From positions 1 to 55,549 of the forward strand of contig JAYUUN010000022.1 in assembly GCA_043754535.1 (NCBI GenBank): a stretch of 55,549 nt of DNA. The letters are read 5' to 3'. The DNA comes from Chloroflexota bacterium (lineage in GTDB: Bacteria > Chloroflexota > Chloroflexia > QHBQ01). The notes beneath the pieces are model-generated. The model saw only the letters and a list, made by a program, of their open reading frames with translations, searched no databases and was not told the origin of the DNA. Shown piece after piece: positions 38,232 to 46,246 of this stretch. Position 1 is the first letter of the stretch. The number at the start of each line of letters is the position of its first letter. A program made the translations under genes and the position numbers.

Positions 38232-38542
38232 CGCAATGCTCCTTCTTCGCCTACCGCTTGCGGCAAGGTAGAGTTGTCTAGCTCGCCTGTTTGCTTGCTG
38301 CGAACTGCTGGCCGCTGGCGGGTGGCGCAGTTGAACTCATGCTGAGTAGCAAAGGTTGCCATCGTTAAGCCCCTGTCTGCCAATCTGAGTTTGTTCGGTG
38401 TCTGGATTATCCTTATTATACCCTGCCGCGTTGCTGATTGGCAAGCTGGACTGGTTGCCCCTGGCGATCCTGAACTCCTGCCCTTCCACCGCCGCCCCTT
38501 TGCGGGTAAAATAGAGGGAGACAACTACGCAGGAGAGCTAGC

Positions 38543-39493
38543 TTGATTATCCGCAACGCCACCGCCACCGAACTGGAGAGCTACGCCCAGATCAGCGACG
38601 ACCCAGTACGCAACCGCAACTATCTTGGCTATGTGAAGGTGATGTTGCGCGAGGGCTATACCAACCCTGGCTGGCTGTTCGTCGCCGAAGCAGGGGGCAA
38701 GGTCGTGGCTCGTGCTGGCTACTGGTCGCTGCCGCACTTCCAGCAGCCGCAGCTACTCGACCTGCTGATCCTGCCCTGGGCAGGAGACTACTTGGCGGTG
38801 GGTAGCCAACTTTTGCAGGAGAGCCTGACGGCCCTGCATGAGCGGGGAGCCGAGCGGCTAGGCTTCGAACTCGATTTTGTGCCTGGCGACCCGGCAGCGG
38901 CCCGCGAGCGCAACCAGCAGGCGATCATCACTGCGGAGGCAGTGGGGTTCCAGCCCAGCCGCCAGACGCTGCGCTTTGAGCTAACCGATATGCACGCCCC
39001 GATCAGCCTGCCCAGCCGCCTGACCTTCCGCAACTTGACCACAACGGGCGAGGAGGCTTTTATCACGGCGATAGTGCGCGTCTCCGAAGGTAGCCTGGAT
39101 CGCAACGTGCAGGCCAGTCGAGCGCAGTTGGGGGCGCGGGCTGCCGCTGGCGAACACTTCATGGGGATGCAGGGCTTCAAGCACGAGCCGGGTTGGTGGC
39201 AACTGGCCTACCTGCCAGACGGTGACCTGGCTGGGCTAGTGATGCCCGCCCGCAATGATGGTGGCCCGATCATCGCCTACATTGGCGTGGTGCCAGAGCA
39301 GCGTGGCAAGGGCTACGTGGACGACTTGCTGGCGAAGGGGACAGCGATCCTGGCGGCCTCTGGTGCCTGGCGCATCCGGGCTGACACTGACACCCAGAAT
39401 GCGCCAATGGCCGCCGCCTTTCGTCGGGCGGGCTACAAGGGATTTGCCCGCCGCCACGAGTACACGATCCGCCTGCCCCACGATCTGCGCTGA
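38543..39493 (+). CDS. Tandem GNAT-family N-acetyltransferase
   Basis: YIGVVPEQRGKGY, DTD..NAPMAAAF.RAGY. Confidence 0.85.
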   Translation: MIIRNATATELESYAQISDDPVRNRNYLGYVKVMLREGYTNPGWLFVAEAGGKVVARAGYWSLPHFQQPQLLDLLILPWAGDYLAVGSQLLQESLTALHERGAERLGFELDFVPGDPAAARERNQQAIITAEAVGFQPSRQTLRFELTDMHAPISLPSRLTFRNLTTTGEEAFITAIVRVSEGSLDRNVQASRAQLGARAAAGEHFMGMQGFKHEPGWWQLAYLPDGDLAGLVMPARNDGGPIIAYIGVVPEQRGKGYVDDLLAKGTAILAASGAWRIRADTDTQNAPMAAAFRRAGYKGFARRHEYTIRLPHDLR

Positions 39494-39595
39494 TGCTAAC
39501 ACGAATCTGGTGCATAAACCCCTTGCGCTGCTTAGAACATTCAAGCTATAATGTGACATAACACCAGCCTCCAATTAGAGCTAACGAGAGCCAAC

Positions 39596-42142
39596 ATGAT
39601 CACCAGCCCTGTACTTGCCGAAGTTGCGGTCAACCGCGCCTTGCGGCCCACTGACAGCCGCCAGCTACTTGCCCCCCAGGGGGAGGAGCGCGCCCCAGAC
39701 CTGGCTGCCACCTTTCATTATCGGGTGGGGCAGGGGGCCGATGTACGCCTCGGCCACCACGTCTGGGTCAACTTCGCCAACAGCTATCTGCCGGGGATCG
39801 TGGTCGGCCTCGGCGGGCTGTCACCAGTGGCAGAGGAGCGGCTCAAGCCGGTTGGTGGCCTGCTGCACCCTCAGCCGATGCTTACTGGCGAGCAGATCGC
39901 CCTCGCCCGCTGGATTAGTCGCTACTATCACTGCGCCCTCTACGAAGCCCTCAGCCTGATGCTGCCTCGTGGCTTCGAGCAGAAGTTGACGACAGTAGCT
40001 GCCCTTAGCGAGCGCGGTCGGGTAGCGAATGCGGATCACGGGTTGGTTGGCAAGGGCCAGCGGGCGATCCTTGACCTGCTCAAGATGCACGGCTCGCTCA
40101 CGCACAAGGAGCTAGCCACCTACTACCGCCTGGCCCTGGGCGTGAAGGGGATAGAGGGCAGCGTAGAGCGCATCCGCGAGATCGTCAGCCAGTTGGTGAA
40201 CAAGGAACTGGTGCAGATCGAAGTAAAGCTGGAAGCTGCCAACGTCAAGGCCCGCATTGCCCGCTTCATACGCCTCACCTACCGCGAGGAGGGGCGCGTT
40301 GGCACGGCGCAGAAGCGCGCATTGGCGGCGGTCGAACGCTGTGCCGACGGGGATGGCTGGGCCGATGCAAAGGAGGTCATCCTCCGCGCCCCAGCTACCC
40401 TGGAGACCCTACGCGGCCTGGTCGCTCGTGGCTTGCTGGAGATGCAGGAGCGCGAGTCGCGCCGCGATCCCCTCGCCCGCACCGCCAGCACTGCGCTGCA
40501 AGAGGTGATGCACTCCTCCTCGGCCACCGCCCTCGACCTCACCCCCCAGCAGGCAGACGCGGTGCAGGCGATCACTGCCGCCCTCGACGGCCAAGCCAGC
40601 CCGCCGGGGCAGACCTACCTCCTACACGGTGTAACTGGCAGCGGCAAAACGGAGGTTTACCTGCAAGCGATCAGCCACCTGTTGGCGGCGGGCGGTCAGG
40701 CCATCGTTCTGGTTCCCGAAATATCGCTCACCCCCCAGACGGTCAGCCGCTTCACCGCTCGCTTCCCCGGTCGCGTTGCCGTGTTGCATAGCGGCCTGAG
40801 CGACGGCGAACGGCACGACGAGTGGCAGCGGATTGCCAGGGGTCAGGCTGACATCGTGATCGGCGCGCGCTCGGCCATCTTTGCTCCCCTTACTCGCCTA
40901 CAACTGATTGTTATTGATGAAGAACACGACCAGTCGTATAAGCAAGGTGACGGCGTGCGCTATCAGACCCGCGCTGTCGCCCAGCAGCGGGCGGTCTTGC
41001 TCGGCCCCACCGCCTTGGTCGTCCTCGGCTCAGCCACACCCGACGTTGGCAGCTACCAGCAAACGATGACTGGGCAGGCTGGTTTGTTGGAGATGCCAAA
41101 GCGGGTGGGCGACTTCCAGTTGCCGCCAGTCCAGGTGGTAGATATGCGGGCAGAGCTACGCAGCGGTAACCTCAGTATGTTCAGCCGCGCCCTGCACGGC
41201 GGGATCGTGCAGACACTGGCGGACGGCAAGCAGGCGATCCTCTTTCTCAACCGACGAGGCAGCGCAACCTTCGTCATGTGCCGTGACTGCGGCCATGTCG
41301 CCGCTTGCTACGCCTGCGAGGTACCCTACGCCTACCACGCTGACGAGAATACGCTGATCTGCCACCGCTGCGACCGCCGCGCCCGCCCGCCCGAAGCCTG
41401 CCCGCTCTGCCACAGCCGCCGCATCAAGCACTTTGGCGCGGGTACGCAGAAGGTAGTTGAGGAGGTGCAGAGCCTCTTTCCTGCTGCTCGCGTGCTACGC
41501 TGGGATCGGGACAGCAGTGGCGGGCGGGATGCCCACGACCGTCTGTTGGGCAGCTTTGTGCGTGGCGAGGCGGACATCATGGTGGGGACGCAGATGATCG
41601 CCAAAGGGCTGGACATCGCCGCCGTCACCCTGGTTGGGGTGGTCAGTGCCGATACCAGCCTCTACCTGCCCGATCTGCGCGCCGCAGAGCGCACCTTCCA
41701 GCTACTAACCCAGGTGGCGGGCCGGGCTGGGCGGCGTGGTGATCCCGCCACCGTCATCTTCCAGACCTACACCCCCGAACACTATGCCATCGAAGCGGCC
41801 AGCCACCATGACTACGCCAGCTTCTATCGCCAGGAAATCTTCTTCCGCCAGGACAAACGCTACCCCCCCTTCAGCCAACTGGTCAGCTTCGTCTACAGCG
41901 GCACCGACGAGGCGGAGTGCAAGCAGGAGGCTGCCAACTTCGCCAGGGTGCTTGAGCGGCGGCTGAAGCGGGTGAGCAGCAAAGCCGACCTGATCGGCCC
42001 CGCCCCTGCCTTCATCCGCAAACACAATGGCCGCTACCGCTGGCAGATCATCGCCCGTGCCACCAACCTGCAACCGTTGCTCAACGGCCTGCTGATCCCC
42101 CAGGGCTGGATAGTTGACGTTGACCCCGCCAGTGTGCTATAA
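39596..42142 (+). CDS. priA: Primosomal protein N'
   Basis: LHGVTGSGKTEVY, LVPEISLTPQ, GARSA, DEEHD, FLNRRG, four CxxC, GTQMIAKG, QVAGRAGR; TATAAT at 39547. Confidence 0.97.
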   Translation: MITSPVLAEVAVNRALRPTDSRQLLAPQGEERAPDLAATFHYRVGQGADVRLGHHVWVNFANSYLPGIVVGLGGLSPVAEERLKPVGGLLHPQPMLTGEQIALARWISRYYHCALYEALSLMLPRGFEQKLTTVAALSERGRVANADHGLVGKGQRAILDLLKMHGSLTHKELATYYRLALGVKGIEGSVERIREIVSQLVNKELVQIEVKLEAANVKARIARFIRLTYREEGRVGTAQKRALAAVERCADGDGWADAKEVILRAPATLETLRGLVARGLLEMQERESRRDPLARTASTALQEVMHSSSATALDLTPQQADAVQAITAALDGQASPPGQTYLLHGVTGSGKTEVYLQAISHLLAAGGQAIVLVPEISLTPQTVSRFTARFPGRVAVLHSGLSDGERHDEWQRIARGQADIVIGARSAIFAPLTRLQLIVIDEEHDQSYKQGDGVRYQTRAVAQQRAVLLGPTALVVLGSATPDVGSYQQTMTGQAGLLEMPKRVGDFQLPPVQVVDMRAELRSGNLSMFSRALHGGIVQTLADGKQAILFLNRRGSATFVMCRDCGHVAACYACEVPYAYHADENTLICHRCDRRARPPEACPLCHSRRIKHFGAGTQKVVEEVQSLFPAARVLRWDRDSSGGRDAHDRLLGSFVRGEADIMVGTQMIAKGLDIAAVTLVGVVSADTSLYLPDLRAAERTFQLLTQVAGRAGRRGDPATVIFQTYTPEHYAIEAASHHDYASFYRQEIFFRQDKRYPPFSQLVSFVYSGTDEAECKQEAANFARVLERRLKRVSSKADLIGPAPAFIRKHNGRYRWQIIARATNLQPLLNGLLIPQGWIVDVDPASVL

Positions 42143-42181
42143 ATTAGCCACATTCGGCCCTATCAGCGAGGTAGAGAGGCT

Positions 42182-42458
42182 ATGGCTAAACCAGTGGATC
42201 AGGTGAAGCAGGAGCAGGTCAGGAGTTGCGACAAGTGTGGCGGTACTATGGTCTCCTGTACGACCTCGGCAAGGCATGATGGCCGCCTGAACCATTTCAG
42301 CTTCTACCTGTTTCCCCCTTGCCAGAAGAAAAGCTTCCTCTGGGGGAGTGTAGCCTTGCCCCGACGTTATTCAGAGGCTTATGCCTGGGCTTGAGCAGGG
42401 TGGCTACGTTGAGCTTTACGCCACTGATGTGAAGAAGCTGCGCTCGCAAGCTGACTAA
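42182..42458 (+). pseudogene. Frameshifted small zinc-ribbon-like gene
   Basis: N-terminal CDKCGGTM..AYA ends TGA at 42394; +1 frame continues GGYVELYATDVKKLRSQAD* to 42458. Confidence 0.5.
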
Positions 42459-42484
42459 ATCCAAAATGGAGAACGAACTGGTCT

Positions 42485-43075
42485 ATGGCAATCCTTGATA
42501 TTGTACAGGACGGCGACCTGGTGCTGGCGAAGAAATGCACGCGGGTGACCACCTTTGATGCAAAGCTGCGTAAGCTGGTGGATGATATGTTTGAGACGAT
42601 GTACTACGCAAACGGCGTGGGCCTGGCCGCCAACCAGATCGGCCTGCCGTTGCGCCTGATCGTGATCGACGTGCCGCCCGATGCAGAGGACAGGCAGCGT
42701 GGCTTCAAGATTGCGATGGCGAACCCAGAGATCGTCAGGCTGGAAGGGGAGGAGACTACCCCCGAAGGCTGCCTCAGCGTCAAGGGCTGGGTGGGCGATG
42801 TGCAGCGGGGCTACAGGGTAGAGGTCAAGGGGTTGGCCCTGATGCCTAATGGTCAGTGGAAGGAGCAGAAGGTCAAGGCCCATGGCTTTCTCGCCCGCGC
42901 GTTCCAGCACGAGTGCGATCACCTCAATGGGGTTCTCTACACCAGCCGTGTAACCGACATTACCACGCTGCACAAAATAGAGCGCAGCGAAGAAGAAGTT
43001 GAGCAACTACGCCAACAACTCAGCGAACTACGCGAGAGCGCAAATGCGGGTGCGGCAAAGGACACAGGTGCGTTA
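42485..43075 (+). CDS. def: Peptide deformylase (ends at TTA; fused to the next gene under the standard code)
   Basis: GVGLAANQIG, EGCLS, QHECDHLNG. Confidence 0.93.
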
Positions 43076-43885
43076 ATGGCAAGTCTACGTGTGATGAGTT
43101 TTAACATCCGGGGGGCGAACTACCCTGACGGCGTGAACGCCTGGCCTGCCCGTGCTGCCCTCAATGTCGCTACTATCCAGCAGTATGGCCCTGACCTGAT
43201 CGGTTTGCAAGAGGTGCAGGCCGACAACCTGACCTACTATCGCCAGCACCTACCAGCCTACCAGTTCGCCCCTGGCCCACAGTACAACAACACCGAACCC
43301 TACGACTATGTGGCCCTCGCCTGGCGACCAGAGCGGCTGCAACTGCTGCACGCGGGCGGCTTTTGGCTCAGTCCCCAGCCCGCGCACTACTCCGGGCCAG
43401 CCTGGGGGGCAGTGCAGGTGCGCTCGGCAAACTGGGCGCGCTTTGAACTGGTGCAGGGCGGTCAGCAGTTCGTCCACCTCAACACTCACCTCGACTACAT
43501 CAGCGAGCAGGCCCAGGTGGAGGGAACGAAGCTGATCCTCAGCCAACTGGCGGGGGTGCGCGGCGGCCTACCCGCCCTCGTCACTGGCGACTTCAACTGC
43601 AACCCCGACAGCGAACCGCACGCTCTATTCCTTGCTGCTGGCTACCAGGACAGCTACATCACGCTTGGCAATCGTGACGACTTGGCTGACCCCACCAGCT
43701 ATACAACCCATTACTTTCTCGGCGACGGCTACCGCCCGCAGGACTTCCATGGCTCTGGGCGTATAGACTGGCTGCTAACCAGGGGCGCACTCACGCCCAC
43801 CAGCTACGCCGTGGCCCGTGATGCCCAGCCGCCAGCCTACCCCAGCGACCACTATCCTGTGCTGGTAGAGTTCAGTCTCGGCTGA
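43076..43885 (+). CDS. Endonuclease/exonuclease/phosphatase (EEP) family protein
   Basis: ATG directly after TTA; LRVMSFNIR, DLIGLQEV, NTHLD, TGDFN, RIDW, SDHYPV. Confidence 0.9.
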   Translation: MASLRVMSFNIRGANYPDGVNAWPARAALNVATIQQYGPDLIGLQEVQADNLTYYRQHLPAYQFAPGPQYNNTEPYDYVALAWRPERLQLLHAGGFWLSPQPAHYSGPAWGAVQVRSANWARFELVQGGQQFVHLNTHLDYISEQAQVEGTKLILSQLAGVRGGLPALVTGDFNCNPDSEPHALFLAAGYQDSYITLGNRDDLADPTSYTTHYFLGDGYRPQDFHGSGRIDWLLTRGALTPTSYAVARDAQPPAYPSDHYPVLVEFSLG

Positions 43886-43898
43886 AGCGAGCGCGAAC

Positions 43899-44411
43899 CT
43901 ACCGTCGCGCCCGCTGGTAGCGGTAGGCAAACACGCCGATCAGCACGGCGGCAATCACCAGGTAGCGGAAGGCAGCCACCCGCCAGCCCCCCGCGGCAAC
44001 GAACACGCCCAGGAAAGCGACGAATACCCCGCCTACGATCCAGGCCGCCTGCTGCCAGCCAGGGAAGAACTGGTTGGGACCGGGCTGGCGCGCCTTGACC
44101 TCGGCGTAATGCTCGTCGCAGTAGGTAGCATCGTTGAACTTGTTGATGCAAAGCAGGCAGCAGGGCTTCGCGCAGAGGTCGCAGGCGGCTAGCGCGGGCG
44201 CGTCGGGGTGGACAGCGCAGCGGGCATTGAAGGCAGTCGCCCCCTCGAAGGCCGCTGGCACCTCGCGTTGAGCCGCCACGCCGTAGTGCAACTGGCAGAG
44301 ATGCTGCCCGCGATAGTAGTTGATGCAAATCACGCACAAGGCATTGCGACACACCTGGCAGCGGCCTATCGCTCTGTTATCAGCGTGACGGTAGCAATTA
44401 GCTCCAAACAT
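43899..44411 (-). CDS. Tandem B-box-type zinc-finger membrane protein
   Basis: Two C-x2-H-x8-C-x2-C-x4-C-x2-C...C-x2-H units plus 2 C-terminal TMs; GAGGTG RBS. Confidence 0.75.
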   Translation of the reverse strand: MFGANCYRHADNRAIGRCQVCRNALCVICINYYRGQHLCQLHYGVAAQREVPAAFEGATAFNARCAVHPDAPALAACDLCAKPCCLLCINKFNDATYCDEHYAEVKARQPGPNQFFPGWQQAAWIVGGVFVAFLGVFVAAGGWRVAAFRYLVIAAVLIGVFAYRYQRARR

Positions 44412-44452
44412 AGCTCACCTCTCCTGATTCGCCTGCGAATAGTAGCCAGCCT

Positions 44453-46246
44453 TTAATCCTCAAAGTAGCCGAAGCGTTCAGGGTCGGCGCGCAGGTCGAA
44501 GCCGTTCGCCAACGCTTCGGCGGCCACTTCGATCCCCCGGCGCACCATCGCGGTGCTGAGCGGGTGCTGCTCTGGGGCGAAGGAGAGCAGACTGGCGGCG
44601 ACCCCCAGCGTGATACGCGCTAGACCTTCCTCACCAGCGAGGGCTAGCCACTCGGCCATGCGCCCCAGGCGGGCAACGCAGGCGGTCAGCCGCTCTCCCC
44701 CGAAGCTTGCAGCGATCAAGCGGCGGGTAGCAGTACGCAGGGCTGCATCAAGCTGCTCCTGCTTGCGCTTGCTGGGCTTGCCGCGACGTGGCATCAGGGC
44801 CAGAATCTGCTCTACCTCGTCGTAGAGGGCTGGGCTTTCGATGAACCAGCCGACAAAGTAGCTGCTCTCTAGCAGTGCCAGCACCGCTTCTTCCACCTCC
44901 TGCGGCGAGTAGAGGCGGGGGGTAGGGGGCAGGGCGACGCTCACTGGCTGCGGCGGCGCAAACTGCCAGATCGTCTGGCTGAACAACTGGTAGCCAAGTG
45001 GCAGGCTGCGCTCCTTCGCCCAAGTCTGTGTGTGGGCGGCCAGTAGCAGGCAGCGAGCGTAGTCGAAGTCTACCTCAAGGTGTGGCACGTCGCCCACATC
45101 GTCGTCCTCCAACTCTGCGTCGGCTAGCAACTCCGCAAGGTTGGGGTCGGCGGCGGCAGGGTTGATAGCCACCAGTTCGCGCAGACTGTCGCGTATCTCG
45201 CGGTTGAGGTTGTTGGGGGCAAGGTCTTGCAGCAGCCCATTGTGCTGGCTGCCGAGCGGCGCGGGCGGCGGCAGGGCAGCGGTAGGGTAGCGTATCTGGC
45301 CTAGCGCATCCTTCACGCCAAGCTCCTCGTGCAAAAGAACGTTGAGCAACTCGTACTCGTCGCCGTCTGGCACCGCCAGCCAGAGCATCTGGGTGCCACG
45401 ACCATCAAGTAGGCTGAGGAACGCGCGGCTGCCAGTCGGCGGCGAGACAGGGCTGGGCGATGGCGCGCCGAGGGGGGTGGACAGGCGCAGCTTGCGGATT
45501 GCCCGCTCCACTGGGGCGCGTTGGTCGGGCGGCAATAGGGGAGCTAGCGAGAACAGAGCGGCGGCGGCGGCGGCACTACGCCCTCCAGACCGCTCTTGGG
45601 CGATCCGCAGCAACTCCTCCACCGCCTCCGCCTTCAGGTCGGTGGTCTGGGCGAACAGGCGCAGCGGCAGCACTCCCAGGCTGCCCTCCATGTCGTGCAA
45701 GCTGCTGAAGAAGATTTCGTGGACTTCGGGTGGGCTAGCCAGCACACTGTCCATGTAGTCGAGCAGCAGGCCGGGGCTGGCTACTGCCTCCTCCAGGCTG
45801 ACTTCGAGCGAGCGGCGGGCGGCAGTGGCTGGGTCGCGTAGGGTCGCCATGAAACTATCGGAGAGCGGTTCGCCACTATGCTGGGCGAGGACGCTGGCGC
45901 AGGCTAGCCGCTGCAAGTCGGGCCGCTGGCGGTCGTGGCTGGCTCGTTGCAAGCCGTCAACCAGTACGTGCTGCACGCCGGGCAGCGCAGCCCCGATCAG
46001 TAGCAGGCTGCATTGTAGCACGCTAGCACGATAGTCGTTCAGCCGCTCCAGCAAGACAGCCAGCACAGAGCGTGCGCTGCCACTGTGCGCCGCTTCGTAG
46101 GCCAGCAAGGTGATCCCCGGGGCGGTTGGTGCGGTGCTGAATAGCACTTCGAGAGCAGCATCGGCCTTTTGCCGCTCGGCCAACACACGGTCGAGGCGGG
46201 CTGGCTCTGGCAGCTTGCGGCGGCTGTCGGGCGGCTGGCTCATCAT
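44453..46246 (-). CDS. Hypothetical protein (597 aa)
   Basis: Long ORF; TGATG coupling with the upstream gene. Confidence 0.7.
   Translation of the reverse strand: MMSQPPDSRRKLPEPARLDRVLAERQKADAALEVLFSTAPTAPGITLLAYEAAHSGSARSVLAVLLERLNDYRASVLQCSLLLIGAALPGVQHVLVDGLQRASHDRQRPDLQRLACASVLAQHSGEPLSDSFMATLRDPATAARRSLEVSLEEAVASPGLLLDYMDSVLASPPEVHEIFFSSLHDMEGSLGVLPLRLFAQTTDLKAEAVEELLRIAQERSGGRSAAAAAALFSLAPLLPPDQRAPVERAIRKLRLSTPLGAPSPSPVSPPTGSRAFLSLLDGRGTQMLWLAVPDGDEYELLNVLLHEELGVKDALGQIRYPTAALPPPAPLGSQHNGLLQDLAPNNLNREIRDSLRELVAINPAAADPNLAELLADAELEDDDVGDVPHLEVDFDYARCLLLAAHTQTWAKERSLPLGYQLFSQTIWQFAPPQPVSVALPPTPRLYSPQEVEEAVLALLESSYFVGWFIESPALYDEVEQILALMPRRGKPSKRKQEQLDAALRTATRRLIAASFGGERLTACVARLGRMAEWLALAGEEGLARITLGVAASLLSFAPEQHPLSTAMVRRGIEVAAEALANGFDLRADPERFGYFED

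Noticed and set aside
39529..39546. LexA/SOS box in the priA promoter
   Set aside because: GAAC is not followed by N4-GTTC; only a weak imperfect palindrome
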